Source of the DNA: Lama glama
Lineage: Eukaryota
DNA length: 64,000 nt
Reading direction: 5' to 3'
Assembly (NCBI GenBank): GCA_028534125.1
Contig: CM052817.1
Location: 36,272,001 to 36,336,000 of the forward strand
A program made the position numbers and the translations under genes. Shown here one piece after another: positions 50,951 to 64,000 of this stretch (position 1 is the first letter of the stretch; each line of letters starts with the position of its first letter). The notes under the pieces were generated by a model. That model saw only the letters and a list, made by a program, of their open reading frames with translations. It was not told the DNA's origin and ran no database searches.

Positions 50951-53900
50951 CTGTGACAGCTCCACTGGGCTGGCGCGGGTTTTCTCCGATTTCGGCGTCA
51001 CAATAATAAGGAAGTTTCCCCGCAAGCCTGCGGGCGGCGGAATGCGCCGGGTGAAGGACGGCCCACCCGGCCAATGGGCGCCCTTCTGGGGCGGGCCCAC
51101 ACCAATGTCGGCCCCAGCGGGGCGGGAGGCGGGGCGGCGAGGTCTGCGGGCGGGAGGCGGGGAGAGGCCCAGGCCCGGGAGGGAGGCGGGGGCGGCCGGA
51201 GGTGACAGGACCTGCGGGCCCGGCGAGGGGACAGCGGCGCGAGTGTGTGTCGGCCAAGATCCGACTGCGAGACAGAGCGTTAGCGCTAAAATAGGATTGC
51301 TTTTCACTGGCGGTGAAGCGAGAAAAACTGAACAGCGGTTGGGTTTTCAGGTTCTGGGCTCCGAACCTTATTTGTGCAGAGGTGACCAAAAGCCTTGGGC
51401 ACGGGGGGAAAGCTAGAGGGTGACAACTGAAGGTGATTTATTTAGCGTCTTATTCCATCCACGGTGGAGGAGTCTTGTGTCACTCGCCTTTGGAGGACTG
51501 GAGAAGGCGCCGAGCCGAAAGCTGGGCTGCGCGGCGGGAGAGGCGGGAAGGAGGTCGGCGCTCGCCCAGGAACCTCGTGGAGAGTTGGGGGTGGAAGAGG
51601 AGAGCGGCGCTGCAGACGCAAGGGGGGCTTGGCGAAGATTGGAGGGTGGTGGCTGGGAGAGCATGGAAACAAGTCACTGAGCGGGAGATCTTAAATCTTC
51701 TCGTCTGGGAGAGACCATGTGGCATAAAACCCAGTAATGTATAAAGAAGTTTGTCCCCTGCTTTCCCTGGCACTGAATATCAGAGCTTTCCCCTACCTCT
51801 CCAAGGTCACAGAGCTTACCGAGTTCCCCTAGTCCCTGTCTGATCCATAGATGATGTTTTAAAGAAAACATTCTCACAAAGGTGACTTAAAGAGTCCACC
51901 GCCCTCCTCTCCCCCCATAAATTTGCAACACAGAAGCAGAACACGGGGAAAGTACTACATTAATCCAAAGGAATGACTTTACTAGTGGAAGAATTTCTGT
52001 AACCTGCCATTTGAACTGGGAAGGTCCTTTGAGGCCAGATTCTTCCGAAGGATGTTCAAATCAGGTCGGGTCTGCAGTTACCTTCTCTAAGAATTTAACA
52101 GATTGACCAAGCTGAAAAGAAGTCTGGGAGAGTATGCAGTATATATATCCTGGGGACGGGGCACTGTTGGCTGGCATATGTATTCTCAGTGACATAAGAC
52201 AAGTTGTCAAATCTTGTCCAGAGACAAGATAAGAACACAAAATCTCAGTTACCAGATAGCTAACATCATCTAAGAAAATAATTCCAACCTTTGAAGTCTG
52301 AATCACACTGGACACACTTTAGAAACACTGGGGACCAGATTAACACAATTCCCTTATGCTCCAGGGGTGTGGCAGTTTCACAAAAGTCCAGGCGTCTCAC
52401 AGAGACATAATCCCAGTTCAGAGACTGAAGGAATGGCCAAAGAGGAGACCTGGTGGGAAGGAGGGTTCCCTATGCTTGAGAAGGAGAGAGTGAGGTTTTG
52501 TTTTCAAGTGTCAAATATGAGGTTTGTAATCAATCAGCATTTAGGTCAGTATCTCTAGTCCATGGCACAAATGTTTTTCATATGAAATTTTATCTTGAGG
52601 AAAAGTTGGTCATCAAAGATTAAAGTCTGGAGTTGAGATAGGAGTGATGTCTAAATTACAGACTGAGGTACTATAGGCTTCCTTACCAAATAAAACAACA
52701 GCCAGAACCCTGGGGACCCACTCAGATGTAGAACAATCAATGAAGATACCCACAGTACTTCATTTTATTTTCTTAATTGAACCAACATAAAATGGCAGTT
52801 TCCTCAGCAAACATGTCCTACTCCATTTACCAAAATGGCTTTCAATGGCCCTAGCCACAACAGTAGTCGTAATAGGAGACATTTAAACTGATTTGAAGAG
52901 GCCATGGTTTACTTCTTCCTTCCATTTCTAAAGCTCAGTCCTCCATCCCTTTTGTTCCAACCTCCCACATGTTCCCTAATAAATATACTGTGTATTGAGC
53001 ATCTGCTGTAATACCAGACCCTGTGGATACGCTGGTGAGCAAAATGGCACAGTCCCTGTTACAGTGGATGGGGAGGCAAGCATTAACCAAATATCCATAC
53101 GAAGGACTATATAGTTGCTGAGCAGGACAAATTTTATTAAAGAAAAACATTTGTATTATAAAAGATTTAACCCCAACAAGAACTGTAAACAACACTGAGA
53201 TCCAGTTAAATGCTACGTATGCTGAAGTATTTAGGAAGAAGTGTTTTATGTCAGCAACTTATTTTGAAATGTGTATTTTAAAAGCTAGATTGAAGGATGG
53301 ACAAACGGATAGATGGATAGATCTGTGATAAACCCAGTATAACAAAATGTTAATTGTAGATTCTATGTGGTGGGTAGATGGCTTGTTCACTATACATTAT
53401 TTCCAACTTTTCTGTGTGTTTGAAAAGTTCACATTAAAAATGTTAGAAAACCATAAATAAACAAATAGCGTAATAAATTCTAACTATGTCGTCCAGTTCC
53501 AGCGCTGAGCAGATGAGGAATCCCCAGTGACAGGGGCTGATGATTCCCAGGGCTGCTGCACTTCCACCTGAACAGATGTCGATTTGATCCGTTCGGCACA
53601 ACTCACTTCTTGAAACGCATATGCCTAGTTTGGATTTCTTTCAATTTTCATTACATTAGGAATACTGTTTCATAATGATTGTTCAATGTGTTTACTTACT
53701 TACTCTGCAGACAAACATTCACTTGGTAAACTTGGAAAGAGACAGACTCCTGGTATCTCAGATTAAACATGTGGGGGAAAAACCAGGTCAGCTACAACAT
53801 TCTGTCTCACAGGTGCACTTTTGAAGAAGTGTCTTCATCTCTAGGAAGGGAAAGCACTGATTATTGACAAGTGGGTACCCTGTAAAGCTACACAATCACA

Positions 53901-56447
53901 ACAGTGTTTCTTGGTTCCCCCAAGCCCCCAACAAAGTACTTATTTTGTCAGTCAAGTCAATACTCAAGGGAAAAATTGGTTGTGAAACATTTTTCACATT
54001 TTTTTCACTGTTTTTGGTTGTTTAATAGCTTATCCAAGAGGCCTAAATATTCCCAGACTAAATTATCTAAGCTTATTGAAAACTGTCCTATAATATACAG
54101 CATTAATTTATTAATGTGAAAAAATAACTTGTAAGAAAGATATGGTAAATCAATATTGCCATCAATCAAATAATAATAATTATTTTAGTATTTATTGAAT
54201 GTTTTCTATCTGTAGTGTTGCTGGGCAAGAAGTATCATTTCTGACTACAAAGATCTTACAGCCCTATGACTATTCCTTTGTTTTCTTGAAACTATTCATA
54301 GTTTAAGTTTGCTTTTTTTTTTCTTATCAAGGCATTTGGATGAGACACAAGCACCTTACCTTAAATATAAGAAACTCACTAGTGTCATGTGGGTTGAAAT
54401 TAATTAACATTAACAAGATTGGATCACTGAGCATTTCCTAAGAAAGCCTTTAGGGTGAGCTTTGATTTGTCCCTGAAGATTGTACGCAGCAGAGCTTTGT
54501 AGCAATGCATAGTTCATGTTACAAAGAGTGTGGTGCGCTAACACAGCTTTTTCCTTATTCCTAGCAGAGGCGTCTGAAGTGTGTTGCCTAGGTCGCTTCA
54601 TCCCTCTCATTTTTACTAAATAAACCTGTACTTTTAGCATACTCCAGAAGAAGTAAATAATCAAAGTGGTTGTATCTGTAAAATTGATATATACTATAAT
54701 TTGTTTACTATAAATCTGTTGAGAAAAAAAAAGCATTGTTTGTGTTTCCAAACCTTATGGCTACCCTTTATATATAAAAGGGAAGTTATAACTGGTATTT
54801 AACATTCTGTTAGCCTTTGGCATTTTGTTTTCACCCTATGTGTAGGTAAAAGCCCAGTGAAATCGGCCATTATATTTACTTTTAAGTTGTTGACCAACAA
54901 ACTGTTCTTACTTTATACTTAAGATACTATAGTATCTCACCTTGTAGATACCTATAGCTGATTCTGTTTCCCTTTTTCCAATGGCTTTTGAAGCCTAAAG
55001 CAAAATGTATGTCCCACCTGTACAGAATCTTATTGCATGCATTTTGAGAAGTGACTTCATTTCAAGGTTCATTTTAACTTTGCTCTGTCATTGTCCCATT
55101 GTATGCATTTTCTTGCCTACTTAATAAAAAAACCCTGTTTTTCTCTCCACGGTAAATGCATTAAATATCACTATATAAGATGTGTAAAATACATATAAGA
55201 AAAAAGAAAAGAAAAATGATCTGGTATTTCACCACCCATTTTTAGTTCTTAATATTTTGTCGTTTCCCCATGCATGTATATAAATTAACCAATTTCCCAC
55301 TTGTTGCACGTTTAAATTATTTTTAATCCATTGCCATCATAAATAATAGAGTGACATAGCTACACATAGTAAACACAGCTAAATATTTGCTCTCACTCTT
55401 GATTATTTCCTTAAGATAAATTCCTAAAAGTGGAATTGCTGGGCTAGGCAGAATGCAGACTCTTTAAGGCTGTGTAGTGTATTGCCAATTTTCCCTAACA
55501 AATGATGACACCAACTAAATACACACACAATGTCTAAGTGGCCTTTGTCCAATCCCCTTACCGGCAAGTGAGGTTGTTTTGTCCTGGTTTTCATTTTAGC
55601 TTTTTTGTGTGTGTGCTAATTTTGTAAACCACCTTAAGCCTCAACTAGAGCATGTGGGACATAAATAAATAAAACAAAAAATCTTCGAGTAAAATAAAAA
55701 GCCATGTGGTGCACATCTAAAAATTAGCTTAGCCAAGATGTTTCTAAATATTCATATCAAAAATTACCTACGTGCACAAAAATGTATGATTGGGGTTGTA
55801 TGTCCTTTGCTGAAATTCTGTTTGATATCATGTGATTTCCCCCAGTCCTCCCACACACCTGCCAAAAATAAAAGATTCCAGAAAGGAAGTTCTGTACAAA
55901 CTCAAACTGTTGTTAATCATTTTCATCTTCAGTACACATACACAAGCCGATAACAGTGAGCTGATGGTTTATCAAGTCTCACAGCAAACTAAAAAATAGA
56001 CTAGGTGTCGGAATTTGTGTCATCCAGCAGCAGAATGGTAGCCAGAGAAGGCATTTTATTGTCCATTTCTTGAAAAGAAAACAGCATAATGATTTATAAC
56101 ATCCACTGTGGTCCAATCACCTTTGCCATGAATCACCTTGTTTTGGGTACCAGTAAGTCCCAGGCACTACTGAAGAAAATGTCCTTACTGACCAACCATT
56201 AGGTGGGCACGTACTTCGATTTCTTCTGTGGCCTTTAGGGGTGGATTTGTACTATTCCATCCAAGTTCTTGCCCGGTTCCCTTTTTAATTAACTGGCTAA
56301 AATTTTAAAGTACGTATATAAATGTCAACTTAGAACCAGTTAAAATGACCTGCCCAGTACCTAGATTGAAACATGTACCCTGGGCCTTATTAGCATTATG
56401 TTCGGATGAATTGTACTGATGTTTCTGAGGATAAATGGTTTGGAGAA

Positions 56448-56860
56448 TGTAGTGGATTAAATAGTTTCTCTACAAAATTCATGTCTACCTGGAACTTCAG
56501 AATGTGAATTTATTTGGAATCACATTATTACAGATATAAACAATGTCATTAAGCTATGGTCGTGTCAGATTAGGAGGGCCTGAAATCCAACACCTGGTGT
56601 CCTCATAAGAAGGCCCTTTGAACACAAAGAGACACACAGGGAAAACACCATGTGAAGGTGGAGACAGAGACTGGAGCGACATGTCTACAAGCCAAGGAAT
56701 GCCAACCAACCATCAGAAGTGAGGGGAAAGGCCTAGAGAATAGATTCTCCCCCAGAGCTTCCAGGAGGAACCAACTGCCAACACCTTGATTTCTAACTTT
56801 AGCCTCTAGAATTGTGAGATAATACATTTCTGTTGTTTTAAGCCACCCAGTTTGTGGTAC
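56448..56860 (+). mobile_element. MaLR LTR (MLT1B/C-like)
   Basis: tgtagtggattaaat...ccatgtgaaggtggagacagagactggag...acatttctgttgttttaagccacccagtttgtggtac. Confidence 0.85.
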
Positions 56861-58157
56861 AGAGGTAAGCAGGTTGCTACAAAAAGCATCTATATTAAAT
56901 AGGCTTTTAGTGCAGTCTAGCTGTGGCATCTGTCACCAGGCTGACTGCCAGGATTGACTGAGTGATCTGGCATCTTAGTCCAGAGTTCCCTTCCTCTGAG
57001 AGTTCCATGTGTGTTCTTCCCAAAGTGTCAACTCAATCAAAAAGAATGACATTTCCAAACTGACAAAGTCTATTCTTAGTCAGGATATATGGGGAGCTGT
57101 ACTCCCCGGCTAGATCTTTTCAACAAGCATTGACATCCCCTTGCAAGCAAATGCAGGTTAGCCAAATCTGTTTTACAGAGTGCCTCTCTCCACCTGATAT
57201 TTTGTTATAATATCAGTCAAATCACAACTCCATATCAGTTTCATTCAGAAAGCACGTAAATTGTAGAAAATTGAACTTATATAAGCCTTGACTTTGATGA
57301 AATTCTAGTCATTTCAAAGACAAATCATTACGTTTTCCTTGATACTGCAGCAGAGCAATATGATTTGACTATAATAGGAGGAACAAAAAATAATTAAATT
57401 TATTTTACTCTTTTACTGAATTAATATTTATACCATAAAGCAAGACTATAAATGTTAAAGTGAAACTTCACGTCTATGGAGAGGACTCAGGAAAATCAAT
57501 CTTAACTATAGGAAACTCCATCAAGTACAAATCTAGTTCACAACTTTATATTATTAAGAGGAAATCTGGGCATTAATAATCTTTATTTTTTTAAGTCAAC
57601 ATTATATTGCAAAACAAAATGGAAACCTTATTTTGGTCTGTATGGAGAAGGAAAACCAGTTACCTAAATAAATTGCTTAGGAAAGAGATTCTGATCCCAG
57701 GTCAGCCCCTAAACATTCAATGGACTTGGCTATGCGAAATATAGGCTATATTTGAGAGTTAACTACAGAAATATTTTCCTTAGAGAATCAACTAGGCAAT
57801 ACTTGATTATTTATTTCACTGGAAAAAAATAGTTCCAGCTAATTAAAAGCTACCTAAGCTTTCTATGTCTCATCTATAATTTAAAAATAGATTGCCAATG
57901 ATAAATATTTATTGAGTTATTTTAATATCCACTTTATGGAGATACTAGTATTTGTAATATTTAGAAAACTCACCTAAGAAACATAGACAAAATATTCTGT
58001 TATACACCAAAACAGAATCTTTTAAAGAACATATTGTCAGCAAATAAAATAACTCACAACAGAATAAAGGAACTCTGCAGCCTCTTTGCAAGCTAGTTCT
58101 AGAAACACAAGAAGCCCTGAAATGAGTCTAGTAAGGGAAAAGAGAGTCAGAAATTAG

Positions 58158-58284
58158 GGAGGAGGGTGCAGCTCAGCCATAGAGTACATGCCTAGCGTGC
58201 ACAGCGTCCTGGGGTTCAATCGCCAGTACCTCCACTAAACAAATAAATAAACCTATTACCTCCCCTGCCCCTCCCCCCAAAAAG
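58158..58284 (+). mobile_element. tRNA-derived SINE (vic-1-like)
   Basis: Diverged head with a ggttcaatc B box. Degenerate TSD agagagtcagaaattag / agagaatcaggaattag. Confidence 0.82.
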
Positions 58285-58729
58285 AGAGAATCAGGAATTA
58301 GCAGTACTGAGCTTCAGCAAAAGAATGAGTGTGGAGTTCCCGTGTCTTGCCCTTTTTGCTTCCTCTTGCTACCATTAGAGCATGATTCCAACTTTCTTTT
58401 TTGATCTTCTATCCTTTTCAGAACCTGATGAAACTTAACACGTTGTCACCACAAAAATGGTGCATATACTCATAGAAGTAATTACTCACTTAAGATTTAA
58501 TAGTAACTCAAAGTAAATATTCATCAAATCTTGGTTCTTCATCCTATTCTCCACATTCATTCCAAGACCCTGATCCCAGCATACTGTGGCCCAGCATTGT
58601 TCACTCTTGACAAACTGATCTCTACATCACCTCCCTACTCCACCCCAGCCCACCCCCCATACACAGACACATATTAACGGAGAGACTTGTCTAGCATTTT
58701 CTGGGCATTCCTTCCTGAACAGAAAACCT

Positions 58730-59345
58730 ATAAAGTTAAGTCTTATGAATGTAAGGAAATGCCAGGCAGGGTAAGAGCACCTGTGGCAGGGGGAACAGCA
58801 TGTGCAAAAGTTTTGAGGCTAAGAAGAGCTTGCGACTGTTAAGGCACTGAAAGGACTGCCAGGTTGCCCGTGCGGCTGGGACAGAGTGAGTGGAGAAGGG
58901 AGTGGCATGTGATGACTTCAGAGAAAGAGGCAGGGACATATCAAGCAGAGCTTTCTAGGGGTTTTGATTTTATTATAAGTGCAATGAGAAGCCACTGGGA
59001 GGTTCTGAACAGATCGCTGGTTTCTGAATGAATGGCAAGGGATGGAAGGGGCACAACAGAAGAATTAGACAGACCCGTTAGGAGGTGATTGAGGTGATTA
59101 CAGTAATCTGGACTAGAGATAGCAGTGGCTTGGGTTCAGACAATAGGAGTAGAGATGAAAAGAAGTAGATGAAGGCAAGATCTATTTTGGAGGTAGAAAA
59201 GAGGGAGCTGGAGGGTTGGAACAGAAAAAAACAAAGAAAAGTCCTAGATTTCTGGCTTCAGCAGCTGGTTAGACAACAGTAATGCCCTTTACTAAGGTGA
59301 AGAAGATTGAGAGACGACCAGGTTTTAGAATGTCAATGAAGAGTG
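58730..59345 (-). mobile_element. L2 fragment
   Basis: ggcagggggaacagcatgtgcaaaag...ttgattttattataagtgcaatgagaagccactggga. Confidence 0.75.
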
Positions 59346-60339
59346 TCCCTCTAAAGGTATAAGATCCTTGAGGGAGCGTCTGTGTTTAAACTTTGCTTTC
59401 CAGTATATACTAGCACCTAGCACATTGCCTGACACAGCGAATACTAACTAAACTGGGTTGGATGACAAGCCTGTAACATTCTGATGATTCACTGCTTATG
59501 AAAGAGGATTCAGTACATTTAAATGAACTATTAAACAGACATGGGATACAGTTAGAAGATTCACATTTCAAGTTTATGTATGAAGTGATAGTGATGATCT
59601 CTTCTACATATATGAGTCTTTTGTAAAGTAAGGGACATTTTTTTTTACAGAATGTCTGATGTAAAGTAAGCCTGATGCTATAAACATACTTCAGGAAGGA
59701 AAAAGTCCTAAGAACTTCACTATAGATGAGGGCTTTTTATTTTACTTGAAGCTCTTAAATTCTATTGTTTTAGAAAACTGACTATTAATGGCACTGCAGC
59801 CTTGTCCTACTAGCAAACAAGAGGGCAAGTGACATCACCTTCGTGACAGCTGTTGATGCTTGTCAGATCTGACAGGCTAAAGAGGAGCCCTCAAATGACA
59901 TTGAGACCAAATCAGTATTCAGCTTTTAAACTCTGAGGGCAACATGGTGTTTAGCATAATGACCTTGACATGCTATTTGCATGTCCCAACTCGACTAGAA
60001 TATGGACTATTCATTGTGTGAAAAGGAGAAATCCTATACAAAAGGATACAAAAGCGTATCTTCACTGGTGTTCCACCAAAAGGTATCTAGTATCTTTAAT
60101 ACTTTTCAATAGGTAATTGGCTTCTAGTGTCCTTACTATTCTAAGGCTTTTCAAAAATTGGCACTAGCTATCACTGAGTATCAGATTTGATAAGGAAGAT
60201 TTCAAACTCGGTTAAATTAATCCAGATCTTGTCTAAGTGAGAGGTAAAACAAAAACAAATAAGTAAACAAACAAAAAATGCTCCAGGATAGCCAAGCAAT
60301 ACCTTTTTAAAAATATTCTGAAAGGATTAAAAATAATTA

Positions 60340-61085
60340 TTTATTCCTTATAATCTAGCAATTTCACTTCTGGGTATATACCCCGAAGAACTGAAAGCAA
60401 GGTCTCAAAAAGATATTTGTATTAAAAAATTTTTTTTATTCTGTATAGCACAAAGAAGCATATTCAATATCTTATAATAACCTTTAATGAAAATGAATAT
60501 ATGTATGTATATGCATGACTGGGACATTGTGCTGTACACCAGAAACTGACACATTGTCACTGACTATACTTCAATAAAAAATCATAAAAAAGATATTTGT
60601 ACACTCATGTTCACAGCAGCACTATTTTCAATAGCTGAAATCTAGCAGTAACCCAAGTATCCATCAACAGATGAATGAATAAACAAAATGTGGTATATAT
60701 GAACAATGGAGTATTACACAGCATTGAAAATGAAGGAAATTCTGACACATACTACAACACAGATGAATTTTGAATACATTAAGGTAGGTGAAATAAACCA
60801 GTCACACAAAAAAAATCAGCAATTGTATGATCCATGTATATGAGGTACTTATGGTAGTCAAATTCATGGAGACAGAAAGTAGAATGATCACTGCTAGAGG
60901 CTGGGGCAGGTGGAAATGGGGAGTTAGTTTAATAGGCACAATTTCAGTTGGGAAGATGAAAAAGTTCTGGAGATGGATGGTGGTGATGGTTGTACAATAA
61001 AGTGAATATATTTAACACTACTAAATTGTACATGTTAAAATGATAAATTTTATTTTATGTGTATTTTGCCACAATTAAAAATAAT
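60340..61085 (+). mobile_element. L1MA/MB-like 3' fragment containing a younger L1 3' end (60422-60586)
   Basis: The inner insertion is flanked by a 15-nt TSD aaaaagatatttgta at 60407-60421 and 60587-60601. Confidence 0.85.
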
Positions 61086-63169
61086 ATTAATTAATGAACT
61101 TTAACTCGTTAAGTGGTCTGCCACTTAACTGCCATGAGCAACAGTATAATACTCTGGCAGGATAAGACATTTAAGAGTGGGAGCCTAGTCACAGTATTAT
61201 CTTTTGAACACCTGGCACCATGGGTCTTAGTTAATGGTAAGATCAGTTTGAAATAATAATGGATGAGTTTGGTCACCAAATAATGTTAATGCCCTACAGA
61301 ATTATTTTATCTAGAATGAGAAAATAGTAGTTCACTTCTCTTCTCTTTGGACCAGTCCACATCACGTTCTATGCAGCTCTAGGGAAACCCTTTCAGAGAA
61401 ACACAGACAAACTGAAATGGGTCCAGGAAGAAGTACTCAGAAGGGAAAAAGGTTCTGAGAAACCCTTTATGAGAAACAACTGAAGGATGACACACTAGTT
61501 TTAACAAAAAGAGGTAATGCGTTTCTTCATGTCTGGGAAGAAGAGGCTAAATTAAGACCAAATTCTGGAAGCTACACAAAAAGTTTGGATCAGTAGAAAG
61601 ACGAACTTGCCAGTGGTTTGTTTCCACTGCATTTTATCAGTAGAATAAATAATAAGTGCTGTAGAACTTTCTACTTTCTATTGTTAAGTAAAATGACTTC
61701 CAGAAATTACCTCAATAGCCACATAGCACCTGATGGTGCACATGTTAGGCCCTGAAATACTTATTTAATGAATTAAAGAGTGTGAGAAGGATTAAACAAA
61801 TGACTGTCAGAACTGAAGATGAAACTGAGCTGTCCTGTGAGGGAAGGCATTCAAACACAGGCTAGTTAACTAGTTGGCAGAGATGTTATGCAGGAGAGCC
61901 AAGTTTCGTTTACTTGGTTGGATCAGATGACTTTTAAAGGCCTTTTGAGCCCTAAACATCTATGGTTTCATGACCTGTGTGTAAGCTCTGGCCGTGCCAC
62001 TTAAGTAGCACTGTGACTTGAAGTAAAGTCACCACTCTGCTTTGCTCAAATGGGATTTACATATATACCCTGCTTGCTACGTAAGTTGTTTTTCACCTCC
62101 TTGCTACATATGTTGTTTGGAAGATCAAAGTAACATTTTAACACAAACAAACAAACAACAAGAACCAAAATAAAAGGCTAATGGCCTTCCTACCTTGACT
62201 GGTGAGAAGTTAAGCATGGACTTTTAGAGGAAGCGCTGGGGGAGGTGGGTGGAAGCCCGGACTGGAAGGGACCAGATCCAGAGGAACTGGCTGTAGTACA
62301 GGGCTTGACCCTGAAGGGAAAGCGGTATTAACCCCAGACACTGTGAACCAAAGGGCATAACAGTTTCAGGCTTGGTGCAGGTCAGTGTCCTGTCTACGGT
62401 GGGTCAGTCCCACAAGGGAAACAATACTTCAAGAGTACACCCTCAGATATTGCTGGGGGCCTGGGAATAGAAAACAACCACTGGGGCAGGTGTTTCCTGA
62501 TTGCCCAAGGTCTCAGCCAAGTGGACTGGATTCAGGTTATACAAAACACTTAAGAAAATGAGGCAGAAGCCAGGGGTAGAGGCCAAAGTGAAGGGAAGGA
62601 GAGGAAGCCTAAAAGTGTTAAAATGAATGCCAGACCCCCAGCCGATAGGTCTGGTGCTGCAACTATACTGCTGCCTTAGTCCAGATAGACTCTTCATCTG
62701 CTTGATGTTAAACCCATAAGAAGAAACCATCATGGAATGTAGGTAAATTAGGGAAAGAGGCAGGACTGAACTGGGAAAATGCCCTGCAATTTACAAAGGG
62801 CTATCCAGGTATACCTGTTTATACCTTAGTGATAAGAAGCTGCCTCTGGAATCAGATTGCCTGGGATTGAATCCGATTTGATTCAATTTGACTTAAAGGC
62901 AGACTCCTGCCATACCTTTCTGTGTCTCCATTTCTTTGGTTGTAAAATGGAGATGATAATTGTGACCACCTCATAGCGTATGCTGTGGTTAAGTGAGATA
63001 ATGTGGTAAAGCACTTAGAGCAGCACCTGGCATAAAATGCACCCTCAATAAATAACAGTAACTATAGATTTTTGCCTAGCGCTCAGTGATCTGCGTTGAT
63101 CTACATACCTAGGTCTTTTTTTTCTACTCAACAATCTATTCTTCAGTTATGTCCTTGGTTGTCTTCTTC

Positions 63170-63408
63170 CAATGGTTCTCAACCAATAGTGATTTTGCCC
63201 TGAGGGACATTTGGCATTGTCTGGAGACATTGTTGGTTGTTATTTTGGGGTGGGAAGGACTGGCTTCTAATAAGTAGAGGTTGAGGCACTGCAAAAAATC
63301 CTGAGATCTTAGAGATCCAGGGATGCTGCTAAACATACACGTGCCAGCACCCCACAACAAAGAATTACCTGGCCCCAAGTATCAATAGCGAACAGGTTGA
63401 GAATCCTG
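63170..63408 (+). mobile_element. MER20 (hAT-Charlie) element
   Basis: caatggttctcaacc...gggacatttggcattgtctggagacatt...ccagggatgctgctaaacat...ggttgagaatcctg. Confidence 0.85.
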
Positions 63409-64000
63409 ACCTAGACTCATTTCTAGTAACCAGCAAAATTTCACTGAATGCAACTGTGTAGGAAAAAGATGGTATATTCGCTTTCCTTCACCTTCCAGAG
63501 CCCTAATACTCTGAAAAGATGGAATGTATACAAAGCTGCAACCCCAGTGGCCACAAAGCTGCTTCTTATTCTTTCCCTTCTTGTAGTCTCTGGAGCGGGG
63601 GGTGTGGTGGGATTCATACATCCCAGAATGCAATGCGCTACTTTTGATTCCTTCCCAAATCCTCCCCTGTTGCTTTCAGGGAGCTGCAATTCTCAGGTGG
63701 ATATTGACTAATTTAGGGGGTGGAAGTGGGTAGGAGTGGGGAGCCTGCAATCTAGCTGCCTCAGAAGATAGTGCCTGCACATTCCAGGCATGGTAAGAAG
63801 GAAGACAAGCGTCTTTATATCTACTTTCAATTAGGAAGGATCATTCCTGTTCTGGCAGCAGAATGTAGGTGGTCTGTCAATTATTTTCAATCTTCCATTC
63901 TGTTTTGCTGCTTCACGGATGGCGAAAATCCTTTATGGTGGATGATGGGTAGACAGAAATCCTACCATTTTTGCAGGGGGAGTGTCGGCAGTCTTAAGTG

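Larger units (their letters stand above)
50010..51680. promoter_or_regulatory. CpG island / HERC3 promoter
   Basis: Very high GC and CpG density against an AT-rich, CpG-poor background. CCAAT at 51071-51075 and 51102-51106, GC boxes at 51088-51095 and 51119-51194. Confidence 0.92.

Noticed and set aside
50016..51773. Many overlapping ORFs of 76-263 aa on both strands in the CpG island
   Set aside because: Expected from stop-codon scarcity in GC-rich DNA. They are low-complexity R/P/G/A sequences, mostly with non-ATG starts, and show no recognisable domain.
1..64000. Genes I recall as HERC3 neighbours (nested imprinted NAP1L5; PIGY/PYURF and HERC5 upstream)
   Set aside because: No matching ORF or second CpG island was seen. 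They would lie outside this window.

Overview
Mammalian genomic DNA. The lineage-specific tRNA-derived SINEs (vic-1-like) and young L1 3' ends suggest a camelid, which is an inference. The window holds the 5' part of HERC3 (HECT E3 ligase with an RCC1-like domain) on the minus strand. A CpG-island promoter and non-coding first exon lie at about 50.0-51.7 kb, the start codon is at 39048, and seven GT-AG coding exons (226+160+77+222+92+131+161 = 1069 nt, one continuous frame) encode the RCC1-like beta-propeller. The gene continues beyond position 1, so the HECT domain is not in the window. The rest is intronic or upstream DNA rich in L1, L2, MIR, MaLR/ERV LTRs, DNA-transposon fossils and microsatellites. 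I found no convincing novel multi-gene system. The most interesting items are regulatory candidates: a 3-codon in-frame uORF just before the HERC3 ATG, an antisense intronic LTR with an intact-looking promoter, an unexplained hairpin-forming insertion in a MER3 element, a TGACA (TALE-homeodomain) motif cluster about 9 kb upstream, and a structured promoter. Repeat family names and boundaries were assigned by eye and are approximate.
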